A DNA stretch of 64,000 bases from Candidatus Methylomirabilota bacterium (GCA_035605575.1 DASTCJ010000040.1:28771-92770), one strand, 5' to 3'; shown: positions 28,525-38,243, counted from the stretch's first letter. A program made the numbers and translations. The notes: generated from the letters alone by a model not told the origin.

Positions 28525-29396
28525 CCCCGTTCGGCGCTGAAGTTGAAGCCGAGATGCACGCGCAGCGTCTGCCCCGTGAACTCCGCGGGCAGCGGCGGAA
28601 ACGGATTCGCCTCGGTGATCGCGCGCAGCGCGGCCTGGTCGTAATAGCTGTTGCCGGAGGTCTTTTCGATGGTGAGCTTGCTCACCTGACCTTCACGGCT
28701 GATCTCGAAGACGGCGACCGGCTGCTGGCCCGGCAGCGCCTTGCCGACCCAACGCTCGGTTACTTTCGCCTGCACGCGGCTGAGGTACCAGGCGAACGGA
28801 AAGTCGGATACGTTGAGCGTCATCGCGCCCGAGCCCTGCGGCGAGCCGTCGCGCCGCCCCAGCGGTACCGGCGGCGGCGGCGGGGCCGCGCCCGCGACGT
28901 CCGTCGTCGGTCGCTCCGTGGGCGTCGGCGGCGCCTTGGCCGTGCTCGCCATCGCGGGAAGCTCCTTGTCGCCCGGCTTCGGCAGCGCCGGCGCGCGCGT
29001 GGGCAGCGAGCGATCCGGCAGCGCCGCCGACGAGGCGCGCGTGGGCAGCGAGCGATCCGGCAGCGCCGCCGAGTCGCGCGTGCGTGGCGGCATGTCACGC
29101 GGCGCGTCGCGCGCCGGCAATTCGGGCGCCCGCGTGGGCCGCGTCACCTCTTCGGCGCGCGGCGGGAGCGGCGGCGGCGTGGTCGCGGCCGGCGTTTCCA
29201 CGCGGCCCTGCGGCGAGCCGACGGCGGCCACGGCCGGCACGAGGTTGACGATGTAGGTCTTCGGCTTTTCCGTCGCCCAGAACCCTGCGGTGAGGACGAG
29301 GCCGGCGGCCAGCGAGCCATGAAGCGCCGCCGAGAAGACCGTTGCCGTGATCGGCAGGCGCGTCCTGCCGAGGGCGGGTCCGCTCGGCGGCCTCAT
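28521..29396 (-). CDS. TolA/TonB-family energy transducer (TonB_C domain)
   Basis: N-terminal TM 'ITATVFSAALHGSLAAGLVL', a Pro/Ala-rich linker and C-terminal 'YYDQAALRAITEANPFPPLP'. The start is ATG 29396 or GTG 29423. Confidence 0.75.
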   Translation of the reverse strand: MRPPSGPALGRTRLPITATVFSAALHGSLAAGLVLTAGFWATEKPKTYIVNLVPAVAAVGSPQGRVETPAATTPPPLPPRAEEVTRPTRAPELPARDAPRDMPPRTRDSAALPDRSLPTRASSAALPDRSLPTRAPALPKPGDKELPAMASTAKAPPTPTERPTTDVAGAAPPPPPVPLGRRDGSPQGSGAMTLNVSDFPFAWYLSRVQAKVTERWVGKALPGQQPVAVFEISREGQVSKLTIEKTSGNSYYDQAALRAITEANPFPPLPAEFTGQTLRVHLGFNFSAERG

Positions 29397-29424
29397 GCGG
29401 AGGGTCGCCGTCGCGATGCTCACC

Positions 29425-29853
29425 TCAGCGCTCGCGAGCGGGCTCGGTGACCATGCCCAGGCGCTCGATGCCGGCGCGTCGGACCATGTCCATGGTCTCG
29501 ACCACGGCGCCATACGAGAGGCCGGCATCGGCCTTCAGGTAGAGGGTCTTGTCGTTCCGGTTGCGGAACGCGTCGCGCAGCGTGCCCTCGAGGCCGCCGG
29601 GCGGGATGCGCTTCTCGTTCAAGAAGAGCGCGCGGTCCTTGGTGACCGTCAGCACCAGCCGCTCCTCGACCGCCGTCGGCTTGGCCGAGGCGCGCGGAAG
29701 GTTCACGTCGATACCGCGGTACATCATCGGCGCCGTCAGCATGAAGATGAGCAGGAGCACGAGCACGACGTCGACGAGCGGGACGATGTTGATCTCCGCG
29801 AGGCTCGTCCCGATGCGGCGACCATTGCCGCCGGACGGCGCGCTAAACGCCAT
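29425..29853 (-). CDS. tolR: TolR/ExbD biopolymer transport protein
   Basis: 'AEINIVPLVDVVLVLLLIFM' is the ExbD/TolR signature. Confidence 0.9.
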   Translation of the reverse strand: MAFSAPSGGNGRRIGTSLAEINIVPLVDVVLVLLLIFMLTAPMMYRGIDVNLPRASAKPTAVEERLVLTVTKDRALFLNEKRIPPGGLEGTLRDAFRNRNDKTLYLKADAGLSYGAVVETMDMVRRAGIERLGMVTEPARER

Positions 29854-30574
29854 CTTTGGCCGGACGCGCGAGCTTGGGGACCGGACGGCTCAGCATGTTG
29901 AGCAGATCGAGGGTGAAGCCCTCCATCTCCGTGGCCCAGTGCTTCACGCGGTTCACGAAGTAGTTGTAGCCGATGACGGCAGGAATGGCGGCGCCGAGGC
30001 CCGCCGCCGTCGCGATGAGCGCCTCCGAGATACCCGGGGCGACCACCGCGAGACTGGCCGATCCCTGCGCGCCGATGCCGTGGAACGCCGACATGACGCC
30101 CCACACGGTGCCGAAGAGACCGATGAACGGACACGCGCTGGCGGTGGTCGCGAGAAACGGAAGGTAACGCTCGAGATGCGCGACCTCCACGCCCGCCTGA
30201 CGGCGCATCGCGCGGTCCACCGCGGCCAGACGGTCGCCTCCCGCTTCGTCCGCGTCGTCGATGCCGTGGTCGAGCGCTTCCGGCGTGCCGGCGAGCTCTT
30301 GATATGCGGCGGCGTACAGCTGGGCCAGAGGACTGTCGCGGAACTTCTTCGCGACGAGTCCCACCGCCGATGGCCGTCGCGCCTCGCGGAAGACCTTGAG
30401 GAAGCCGACGGTGCGAGACCGCACGCGCCGCAGCTGCCACCACTTCTCGACGATCAGGGCCCAGCTAATGATGGAGAAGAAGGCCAGGATCGCCAGGACC
30501 AGCTTGGCGACCGGCCCCGCGTTCCAGATCAGGTCCAGGACGCCGGCAGTCAGGGTGTCAGGCGAGTTCGGCAA
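29843..30574 (-). CDS. tolQ: TolQ/ExbB proton-channel protein
   Basis: MotA/TolQ/ExbB motifs 'PFIGLFGTVWGVMSAF' and 'APGISEALIATAAGL'. Confidence 0.9.
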   Translation of the reverse strand: MPNSPDTLTAGVLDLIWNAGPVAKLVLAILAFFSIISWALIVEKWWQLRRVRSRTVGFLKVFREARRPSAVGLVAKKFRDSPLAQLYAAAYQELAGTPEALDHGIDDADEAGGDRLAAVDRAMRRQAGVEVAHLERYLPFLATTASACPFIGLFGTVWGVMSAFHGIGAQGSASLAVVAPGISEALIATAAGLGAAIPAVIGYNYFVNRVKHWATEMEGFTLDLLNMLSRPVPKLARPAKDGV

Positions 30575-30657
30575 GAGCGCTCCTTTGGTTTGCTCCGATC
30601 ATACGGACGCCGCCGCGGACTGTCAAACATTTTGGCCCGAAAAATTGAGTCTTTTCG

Positions 30658-31443
30658 TTGACTTCGCGCGCTTGCGGCCCGTATAAGAGAGGAGTGCTCG
30701 GTGCGCTCTGTGTCGTGCTGGTGGCGCTGACCCTCGTCGGTGATGCCGTAGCGGCCGACTCCCGGGCGGCCGTCGATTCCTTCCTGCAGCGCGTCGGCGA
30801 CGTCACCATCCGCAGCCTGGTCGTCGAGCAGACTCTCACGTTGTACGATCCGAGCGGGCGTCAACCGAAGTCCACCGGCGAGCAACGCATCTATCTGAAG
30901 CTGCCGCGCCGGCAGCGCCTGGAGCAGGTGGTAGACGGCCAGCGCGAGGTGCGTCTGATCGTCGACGATCGCGCCTGGGTGCGGCGGGCCGATGGCCGCA
31001 CGTACGAGAGCCCGCCGCCGGATCACCGCCGCGATCACACGCACCTGCTGGTGCCGCTGCGCCGCAGCAGCGCCGATCTCCTCGCGGAATGGACCACGCT
31101 CGGCGTCCGGGGCGATGTCAGCTACGACACGACCGTGGCGGGGCGGCGGATCACCGTCATCGGCGCCATGCCGGGCGAGCGCGCGGTGCCGCAGGTCTGG
31201 CTCGACAGCGAGCGTGGTGTCGTCCGATTCGTCTCGCGCGAGCGGCTGCCCAAGGGCGAGGGGCTCCTCGACCTCACGTTTTCCGAGCACCGGCCGCTGG
31301 CGGGCGGGTTCGCCTACCCGTATCGGCAGGAGGCGTTCCTCGACGGCAAGCTCGTCTTGCTCGTCGCCGTGCGATCGGCGTCGATCAACACGAATCCCGA
31401 CGACGCGCTCTTCGATCCCGACGCGCTGAAGCGCGGGCGCTGA
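30658..31443 (+). CDS. Secreted hypothetical protein (possibly LolA-like fold)
   Basis: Signal-like 'VLGALCVVLVALTLVGDAVAA'. The functional guess rests only on overall pattern. The start may be an internal GTG. Confidence 0.4.
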   Translation: MTSRACGPYKRGVLGALCVVLVALTLVGDAVAADSRAAVDSFLQRVGDVTIRSLVVEQTLTLYDPSGRQPKSTGEQRIYLKLPRRQRLEQVVDGQREVRLIVDDRAWVRRADGRTYESPPPDHRRDHTHLLVPLRRSSADLLAEWTTLGVRGDVSYDTTVAGRRITVIGAMPGERAVPQVWLDSERGVVRFVSRERLPKGEGLLDLTFSEHRPLAGGFAYPYRQEAFLDGKLVLLVAVRSASINTNPDDALFDPDALKRGR

Positions 31444-31814
31444 TGCGCCGCGCGCGCACGCTGCGCCGCCGTCTGCGCGCACGCGCGATCGCGGTCATGG
31501 AGACGGCGGGCGGCGTCGTCCGGCTCTTCGGCTGGCTCTATGTGGCCGTGCTCGTGCCCGCGCTCGTCATCGCCGGCTATCTCGTGGTCCGCGACGCGAC
31601 GGCTGGGGGTGACGTGTCCCGCTCGTTGCGCCTCGTGCCGCTCGTGATGATCTGGCCGGTCGCCGCCATCGCGCTGCGCAGCGACAGTGCGCTGGCGCTC
31701 GGATTTCCGCTCAACGCGCTGGTCCTCGTCGGCTCGATCGGCCTCGTGCTGCTCGGCTGGGGCGTCCTGCTTCGCGCCGTCCGCAATCTGTTTCGCTGGC
31801 GCGCGGCGCGCTAG
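31443..31814 (+). CDS. Small integral membrane protein
   Basis: ATG 31443 overlaps the upstream TGA (TGATG). Three to four hydrophobic segments. In the frame of track ORF 31089..31814. Confidence 0.5.
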   Translation: MRRARTLRRRLRARAIAVMETAGGVVRLFGWLYVAVLVPALVIAGYLVVRDATAGGDVSRSLRLVPLVMIWPVAAIALRSDSALALGFPLNALVLVGSIGLVLLGWGVLLRAVRNLFRWRAAR

Positions 31815-32350
31815 CGTCGGCGCGCCCCCGACACCGACGGATCCCCCTCGATCCAGAAGCGCAGCGGTCGATCGACCGAACGTGTGATGCCGATTCGCGG
31901 CCCGCAGGCGACCGCGGTCGTCGACGGTGTCGCGGGGGGCAGAATCACCAATCGACCCGTGGTGAGGTCCGCGCCGTTGTCGCGCAGCGTGATCCCGAGC
32001 GCACGCGTGAGGTTTCCCGGGCCGCTCGCGATGCGCGGGGAAGCGGGCGCGCCGCGTCGGCGCGCCATCACGGACAATCCCTCGGTTGGCGCGAGGGCAC
32101 GAATGAGCACGCAGCCGGGCTCGCCGACGGGATTCGTAATCGCGTTGAGGCAGTAGTGGACACCGTAGTTCAGGTACACGTACGCGTGACCACCGTCACC
32201 GTAGAAGAGCGCACGGCTGCCGGGCCGAAAGGCCGCGTGCGAGGCGGCGTCCTCGGGACCGAGATACGCTTCCGTCTCCACGATCCGCCCCGCAGTGAGG
32301 ACGCGCCCGTGGCGCGAGACGAGCACGCAGCCGAGCAGCTCGCGCGCCAC
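31811..32350 (-). CDS. DNA-3-methyladenine glycosylase (Mpg/AAG family); true start probably upstream
   Basis: 'ARELLGCVLV', 'GRIVETEAYLGPEDAASHA' and 'YVYLNYGVHYCLN' are family motifs. The conserved 'PLPRTFY' lies upstream of the GTG at 32350, in the same frame. Confidence 0.8.
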   Translation of the reverse strand: MARELLGCVLVSRHGRVLTAGRIVETEAYLGPEDAASHAAFRPGSRALFYGDGGHAYVYLNYGVHYCLNAITNPVGEPGCVLIRALAPTEGLSVMARRRGAPASPRIASGPGNLTRALGITLRDNGADLTTGRLVILPPATPSTTAVACGPRIGITRSVDRPLRFWIEGDPSVSGARRR

Positions 32351-32390
32351 CGCCGGCGCCGGCCGGAGGTAGAACGTCCGCGGGAGCGGC

Positions 32391-33620
32391 TCAGGCGCGC
32401 GCGAGGCGATCGTCGACGAGGCGCTTGAGCGAGGCGAAATCGAAGGCCGTCGCCTCGCGGCTCGGTGCGCTCGCTTCCGTCTTGAGTCCCGTCTCGCTCA
32501 GGATGACGCAGAAGGACTGCGCGGGATCGATCTCCTTCGCGGCGAGCATCTTCGTGAGCACGGCCAGCGTGGCGACGCCCGTCGGCCCCGCCCACACGCC
32601 TTCGGTGCGGGCCAGCATGCGCTGGGCAGCCAGGATCTCGTCGTCCTCGGCGTCGCCGGCGGCACCGGCATCTCTGCGCAGCAGCCGCAGCACCCACTCC
32701 CCCTTGCGGCCGGGATTGCCGGCGGCCAGGCCCTCGGCGATCGTGTAACCGATCGTGAGCGGTGCGAGCGCCGCGCCGCTGCGAAAGGCGCGCACGACGG
32801 CGTTGGCCCGTGTCGCCTGGGCGGCGACCATCATCGGCACGCGCTCGATCCAGCCGGCTTCGCGCATCTCGTGGAACCCGCGTGCGGCGGCGATGAACGT
32901 CTCTCCGACGGCCACCGGCGCCACCACGACGTCGGGCGGCGCGAAGCCGCTCTGCTCGGCGATCTCGTACGCGATCGTCTTCTTGCCTTCGTGCTTGTAG
33001 GCGTTGCGCGAGGCGCCGCAGTCGAAGAAGAGGCGAGACTCCACGAGCCGGTCCCAGTGCGTGATGAGGTCGTCGTAGACGCCCTTGTAGAGGACGAGGT
33101 CCGTCGTGGTGGCGGCCATGTGCAGCAGCTTGGGGACCGACGCACGCTCGTACGCGAAGATCAGCGAGCGAAGGCCCGCGCGCGCGGAGTATGCGGCGAT
33201 GGACGAGCCCGCGTTGCCGCTCGACACGACCGATGTCGCCCTGAACCCGAACGACAGTGCCGCGGCGACGGCCGTGGCCGACGACCGGTCCTTCACGGTG
33301 CCGGTGGGATTCGATCCCTCGAACTTCAGCGTCAGCCGGCGCACGCCGAGCGATCGGGCAAGGCGGGGCGCCTCGAGCAATGGCGTGCCGCCCTCGCCGA
33401 GGGTCACGCGGTGCGCAGGGTCGGCGATGGGCAGGACGGCGGCATACCGCCACAGTCCGGTGCCCGACAGCACGTCCGGCCCGCGGCGCCGGAGCGTCTC
33501 CGTGTCGTAGCGAAGCTCGAGGAGCCCGCGGCATTTCTCGCATTCGAGCCGGTAGCCCAGCGGGTGCGCGGTTCCGCAGTCGATGCAGCTCAGGGTCTGG
33601 GCGAGCGAGACGCCGGTCAT
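32391..33620 (-). CDS. Threonine-synthase-like PLP enzyme with N-terminal zinc ribbon
   Basis: ATG 33620 overlaps the upstream TGA (ATGA). 'CIDCG...CEKCRG'. PLP-Lys motif 'SNPTGTVKDRS'. Only the last 409 codons of track ORF 32391..34811 are coding-like. Confidence 0.75.
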   Translation of the reverse strand: MTGVSLAQTLSCIDCGTAHPLGYRLECEKCRGLLELRYDTETLRRRGPDVLSGTGLWRYAAVLPIADPAHRVTLGEGGTPLLEAPRLARSLGVRRLTLKFEGSNPTGTVKDRSSATAVAAALSFGFRATSVVSSGNAGSSIAAYSARAGLRSLIFAYERASVPKLLHMAATTTDLVLYKGVYDDLITHWDRLVESRLFFDCGASRNAYKHEGKKTIAYEIAEQSGFAPPDVVVAPVAVGETFIAAARGFHEMREAGWIERVPMMVAAQATRANAVVRAFRSGAALAPLTIGYTIAEGLAAGNPGRKGEWVLRLLRRDAGAAGDAEDDEILAAQRMLARTEGVWAGPTGVATLAVLTKMLAAKEIDPAQSFCVILSETGLKTEASAPSREATAFDFASLKRLVDDRLARA

Positions 33621-34594
33621 GCGCGGAGCACGTCGAGCATGGCGTCCAGCCGGTGGCGCAGCGTGTGCTCGGCGAGCGCGCGGCGGCGCGCGTTCTGCCC
33701 GATGGCACGCGCGTCGTCGGGATGCGCGAGGTAGTGGTCGATGTGCCGGCGTAGCTCGCCGAGGTCGCGATAGGTCACGACTTCTTCGCCCACCTTGAAC
33801 AGTCGCGCCATGTCGTCCTTCGCGTCGACGAGCTGACAGGCGCCGGCGGCGGCCAGCTCGAACGCGCGCGTGTTGACGCCGACGATGTCGTTCATCGGGT
33901 GATGGTGATTCAATGACAGCGTCGAGCCGCAGTACACGGCGAGCTTGTCGCGTCCGTAGACGGGGCCGCCGGCCACCATGCGCCGAATGACGGGATCGGT
34001 CGATTTCGACCATCCGTGTCCCCAGAGTCGTAGCGGATAGCTGGCCAGCTCGCGCACGAACCGCTCGCGATAGTCGTAGCGACTGCCGACGAACGACAGC
34101 GGCGCTGCGAAGCGGGCCGTCTCCTCGGCGGTGAGCGTCACCGGATGGTGCAGCGACGGCACGCAGTACATCGGCAGGTAATGCAGATTGCGCAGACCGA
34201 CCTGCTGCAGGCTGGCCATGGCGTAACGCTCCTTGGTGAAGAAGACGTCGTACGCCTCGATGCACTCGAAGGGAATCATCCACAGTGGATTGTCGGGGAA
34301 GAAGTTCACGAACCGCGCCGGGATCTTCGCCTTCACGTGCCGGATCAAACCGGGCGTGACGGGACCGCCCTTGATGACGAGCACGACGGCCGGCTGCCAG
34401 GCCAGGCAGACGCGCTCCAGGCGGCCAAGGATCCATCGCTGGTAGGCGCGCTTGCTCGTCCGGTTCTTGTAGAGGAGGTTGTGGCGCCGGTAGGCGAACA
34501 GCCGGACCTCGTGGCCCATCGCCGTGAGCTCGTCGGCGAAATCGACGCCCATGAGGCCGGCTCCCGCGAACGGCAGGACGATGAGCCAGCGCAC
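33617..34594 (-). CDS. CgeB-family glycosyltransferase-like protein (DUF3880 / Glyco_trans_1_2)
   Basis: 'FVGSRYDYRERF', 'GVNTRAFELAAAGACQLVD', 'VVTYRDLGELRRHIDHYLAHPD...IGQNARRRALAEHTLRHR'. Confidence 0.6.
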   Translation of the reverse strand: MRWLIVLPFAGAGLMGVDFADELTAMGHEVRLFAYRRHNLLYKNRTSKRAYQRWILGRLERVCLAWQPAVVLVIKGGPVTPGLIRHVKAKIPARFVNFFPDNPLWMIPFECIEAYDVFFTKERYAMASLQQVGLRNLHYLPMYCVPSLHHPVTLTAEETARFAAPLSFVGSRYDYRERFVRELASYPLRLWGHGWSKSTDPVIRRMVAGGPVYGRDKLAVYCGSTLSLNHHHPMNDIVGVNTRAFELAAAGACQLVDAKDDMARLFKVGEEVVTYRDLGELRRHIDHYLAHPDDARAIGQNARRRALAEHTLRHRLDAMLDVLRA

Positions 34595-34640
34595 GGATCG
34601 TAGCGTAGCACAGGGCGGTCGGCGCTATGATGACCGCTCG

Positions 34641-35399
34641 ATGGCCGCCCGCACGCTGACACGGCTGCTCCCGTCGCTCATCGTCTTCGCGATGCTGCTC
34701 GGCGCCTGGCAGCTGGCCGGCCCCGCCCTGGGCGTGCGCGAGTATCTGCTCCCGGGCCCGGCCGCTGTGCTTCGCGCCGCCGTCGGCGGCGCCGTGCCGT
34801 GGCACACGCACGTGTGGGTCACCTCGCTCGAGATCCTCGGCGGCTTCGCGCTCGCCGGCATCGCGGGCGTGGCCCTCGGCATCGCCATCGCGTCGTCAGC
34901 GCTGACGTCGCGCGCGCTGCTGCCGTTCCTCGTGTTCGTCAATACGCTGCCGAAGGTCGCGGTGGCGCCGCTCTTCCTGCTCTGGCTCGGCTACGGCATC
35001 GTCCCCAACGTCCTCATCGCCGCCCTCATCGGCTTCTTCCCCGTCGTGATCAACACCGCGGTCGGCCTCACGCAGATCGACGATGAGCTGCTCGATCTGG
35101 GACGCGTGTTCGGGGCGCCGACCTGGAAGGTGTTTCTCACGATCCGGCTGCCCAATGCGCTGCCCTACGTGCTCTCCGCGCTGAAGGTGACCGCGACGGC
35201 GGCCGTGGTCGGCGCCGTCGTCGGCGAGTTCGTCGCCTCGCAGGCCGGACTCGGCATGGTCATCGTGAACGCGCAGACCAATCTCAATACGCCGGTGGCG
35301 TTCGCTGCGCTGCTCTGGATCTCCCTGATCGGCCTGGTGCTCTACGGTGCGGTCGGTCTGGCCGCGCGGTGGTGGGCGCCGTGGGCCGACACGGTGTGA
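34641..35399 (+). CDS. ABC permease, nitrate/sulfonate/taurine (NitT/TauT) family
   Basis: ATG 34641 (MAARTLTRLLPSL). EAA-like loop 'IDDELLDLGRVFGAPTWKVFLTIRLPNALP'. Confidence 0.85.
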   Translation: MAARTLTRLLPSLIVFAMLLGAWQLAGPALGVREYLLPGPAAVLRAAVGGAVPWHTHVWVTSLEILGGFALAGIAGVALGIAIASSALTSRALLPFLVFVNTLPKVAVAPLFLLWLGYGIVPNVLIAALIGFFPVVINTAVGLTQIDDELLDLGRVFGAPTWKVFLTIRLPNALPYVLSALKVTATAAVVGAVVGEFVASQAGLGMVIVNAQTNLNTPVAFAALLWISLIGLVLYGAVGLAARWWAPWADTV

Positions 35400-35409
35400 G
35401 GAGACCTCC

Positions 35410-36411
35410 ATGATGCGTCGTCTCGTGCTGATGCTGGTGCTGCTGACGTTCGCCACGACCGCTCCGTCGACCGCCCAGACGCCGCAGAAGGTCCTATTCG
35501 CGCTGAACTGGTTCGCGGTCGGCGATCACGCGGCGTACTGGGTGGCGCTCGACAAGGGTTACTACAAGAGCCGCGGTCTCGACGTCGAGCTGCAGAACTC
35601 CAAGGGCTCCGGCGACTCGATCGCGAAGGTCGACACCCATCGCGCAGACCTCGGCCTCGCCGACGCCGTGGTCGTCATCCCGCGCATCGCCCAGGGGGCG
35701 AAGATCAAGATCGTGGGCGCCGTGTTCGACAACACGCCGCTCAATATCTGGACGCGCAAGGACACCGGCATCACCAGGCCGAAGGACCTCGAGGGTAAGC
35801 TGCTGGCGGCGCCCCCCGGTGACTCGCAGCGGCAGCTCTTCCCCGCCTTCGCCAAGGTCAACGGGATCGATGCCTCGAAAGTCCGGTGGCTGTCGATCGA
35901 GCCGGCCGCCAAGTTCGTCGCGCTCGCCGAGAAGCGCGCGGACGCGGTGCCCGACTACACGACGGGCCAGCCGTTCTGGGAGAAGGCCGTCGGCAAGGAC
36001 AACCTGGTGCGCATGCCGTGGCACCAGTACGGCTTCGACACCTACTCGATGTCGATCATGACGAGCGAGAGGATGCTGGCCGAGCGCGCGCAGACCGTGC
36101 GCGATTTCCTGGCCGCGTCCTACCAGGGGTGGCGTGACGTCATGGAGAACCCCAAGGCCGCGCTGGAAATCTTCAAGAAGCGCGTGCCGGACATCGACCT
36201 CGCGCTGATCGAGCCCAACATGCTGCTCGGACTCGAGCTGATGCGCACCGAGCGGTATGCGAAGAACGGGATCGGGTGGATGGACCGCGCGAAGATGTGC
36301 GGCACCGTCGAGTTCATCAACACCTACATGCCGGACATGCCGCGCAAGGTCGGTTGCGACGAAGTCTTCACCAACGAGCTGCTGACGAAAATCGAGCCGC
36401 CCAGGAAGTGA
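35410..36411 (+). CDS. NMT1/SsuA-like periplasmic substrate-binding protein
   Basis: ATG 35410 follows GGAGA. Has a signal peptide. 'LNWFAVGDHAAYWVALDKGYYKSRGLDVEL' is typical of NMT1/THI5-like binding proteins. Confidence 0.8.
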   Translation: MMRRLVLMLVLLTFATTAPSTAQTPQKVLFALNWFAVGDHAAYWVALDKGYYKSRGLDVELQNSKGSGDSIAKVDTHRADLGLADAVVVIPRIAQGAKIKIVGAVFDNTPLNIWTRKDTGITRPKDLEGKLLAAPPGDSQRQLFPAFAKVNGIDASKVRWLSIEPAAKFVALAEKRADAVPDYTTGQPFWEKAVGKDNLVRMPWHQYGFDTYSMSIMTSERMLAERAQTVRDFLAASYQGWRDVMENPKAALEIFKKRVPDIDLALIEPNMLLGLELMRTERYAKNGIGWMDRAKMCGTVEFINTYMPDMPRKVGCDEVFTNELLTKIEPPRK

Positions 36412-37175
36412 TCGTCCTCGACCGGGTCGGCATGACGTACCGCGCCGACTCCGGCCCCGTCGAGGCCCTTCGCGACGTCTCGATGGAAGTCGCGCGCGGC
36501 GAGCTCGTCGCCGTCGTCGGACCGTCGGGGTGTGGCAAATCCACGCTCCTGCGCATCGTGGCCGGCCTCCGGCCGCCGACCACCGGCGTGGCGCGCGTGG
36601 ACGGGCGGCCGATCGACGGCCCCATCCCCGCCGTCGGCATGGTGTTCCAGACGCCGGTATTGCTGAAGTGGCGGACCGTGCGCGACAACGTCTTGCTCCC
36701 GGCCGAGCTCTCGGGGCTCGAGCGGCGCCGCTTTCGGGCTCGCGCCGACGCGCTCCTGTCGCTGGTGGGGCTCGCGGAATTTGCCGCGAAGTTTCCTCGC
36801 GAGCTCTCGGGCGGCATGCAGCAGCGCGCCGCGCTGTGCCGCGCGCTGCTGCTCGATCCGCCGCTGTTGCTCATGGACGAGCCGTTCGGCGCGCTCGACG
36901 CCATGACACGCGACGAGCTGAACCTGGAGCTCTTGCGAGTCTGGGGCGAGTCGCTCGCGGAGCGCAAGACGATCCTCTTCGTCACGCATTCCATCCCGGA
37001 GGCCGTGTTCCTCGCCGACCGCGTGGCCGTGCTGTCGTCACGGCCGGGTCAGATCACGAAGATCTTCGAGGTGCCGCTGCCGCGGCCGCGGACGCCGGCC
37101 ACGCGCGCGCTGCCGGAGTGCGGCCAGCTCGCACTGGCGATTCACGAGGCGCTGGCGCAGCGACCGGAGCGGTAG
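36408..37175 (+). CDS. ABC ATP-binding protein (NitT/TauT family)
   Basis: GTGA overlap with the upstream gene. 'GPSGCGKST', 'LSGGMQQR', 'LLMDEPFGALD'. Confidence 0.9.
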   Translation: MIVLDRVGMTYRADSGPVEALRDVSMEVARGELVAVVGPSGCGKSTLLRIVAGLRPPTTGVARVDGRPIDGPIPAVGMVFQTPVLLKWRTVRDNVLLPAELSGLERRRFRARADALLSLVGLAEFAAKFPRELSGGMQQRAALCRALLLDPPLLLMDEPFGALDAMTRDELNLELLRVWGESLAERKTILFVTHSIPEAVFLADRVAVLSSRPGQITKIFEVPLPRPRTPATRALPECGQLALAIHEALAQRPER

Positions 37176-37187
37176 CCGCGGGCTCGT

Positions 37188-38243
37188 TCAGAGGAACGCG
37201 CGCTCGACGAACAGCGCGACCCCGATCAGGAGAATCGCGGCCGACGAACTCCACACCACGCGTCGCTCCCATGCCGTGCGTTGTATGAGGGCCAGCGCCG
37301 GAAAGGCGAGCGCCACCACGAGCCCCTGTCCCAGCTCGACGCCGACGTTGAAGCCCAAGAGCGACAGGAGCAGGCCGTGGGAGGGCAGGCCCATTTCGCG
37401 CAACACCGAGGAGAATCCGAAGCCGTGCACGAGCCCGAAGCAGAAGCTCACCAACCACCGCCGCGATACAACGGGCCGCAGAAACAAGTTCTCGGCCGCC
37501 ACGAAGGCGATGGACAGCGCGATGACCGCCTCGACGAGCCGATCGGGGAGGGCGACGACGTCGAACACCGCCAGCGCCAGCGTCACGCTGTGGGCCAGCG
37601 TGAAGGCGGTGACGATCTTCACGAGGGCAAGCCAGCTGCCCCCGCGCAGCAGCAAGCCGAGCAGGAAGAGCAGGTGGTCCCACCCGCCGAGGATGTGCTC
37701 GATTCCCAGCCACACGAAGCTTGTCGTCCCGCGCGCGGGCGAGGTGGCGAGCCGGAAGCGCGCATCGCGTGCCGCCTGCTCGAAGGCGAACTGCCGCGTC
37801 TCGCCGTCCCAATCGACCTTCGTCAGCGTGTGATGATCGTTGCCGAGCACGTCGAAGATGTCGTCGCGGACGGCGAGCTCGCGGAATCCAGCCGGACACG
37901 CGAAATCGACGAGCAGGGTGACGCTCGGCGCATCGCTCGCCGCGGGTTGGACAAAGCCCGGGCCGGGCTCGCAGCGCCGCCCGTCGCCGCTGAGCGTCAC
38001 CACGCGGCGGACGACGTCGAGGAGGCGATCCGCGGCGTGCGTGTTGCCGTCGCGCGCGAGCCATAGGTTCTCCGCCATCTCGGTCGGCAGCGCGGCGGCG
38101 GGAAGCACGAGGGTGTAGCGCACGGCACTCCGCTCCACTGATATGGACGCGTAGCCGGTGGTACCGCCGGTGTGCGCGACGCACGGTGCGGCGGCGGCGA
38201 GCGCGGCCATCAAGCCCAGGCGGAGGAGACCAGCACCCCTCAC
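37188..38243 (-). CDS. HupE/UreJ-family membrane protein with N-terminal periplasmic domain
   Basis: GTG 38243 overlaps the upstream TGA. 'GIEHILGGWDHLLFLLGLLL' and 'FGLVHGFGFS' are HupE/UreJ signatures. The N-terminal domain is about 170 aa. Confidence 0.7.
   Translation of the reverse strand: MRGAGLLRLGLMAALAAAAPCVAHTGGTTGYASISVERSAVRYTLVLPAAALPTEMAENLWLARDGNTHAADRLLDVVRRVVTLSGDGRRCEPGPGFVQPAASDAPSVTLLVDFACPAGFRELAVRDDIFDVLGNDHHTLTKVDWDGETRQFAFEQAARDARFRLATSPARGTTSFVWLGIEHILGGWDHLLFLLGLLLRGGSWLALVKIVTAFTLAHSVTLALAVFDVVALPDRLVEAVIALSIAFVAAENLFLRPVVSRRWLVSFCFGLVHGFGFSSVLREMGLPSHGLLLSLLGFNVGVELGQGLVVALAFPALALIQRTAWERRVVWSSSAAILLIGVALFVERAFL

Noticed and set aside
32170-33708. 512-aa ORF on the minus strand.
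   Set aside because: This is an alternative frame of the thrC-like and mpg genes. The product is extremely Arg/Pro/Gly-rich and has no recognisable motifs.
33621-34811. The N-terminal 400 codons of the 806-aa track ORF 32391..34811.
   Set aside because: This is an alternative frame over the CgeB-like gene and has Arg-rich composition. The ThrC-like homology starts at ATG 33620, which overlaps the upstream stop (ATGA).
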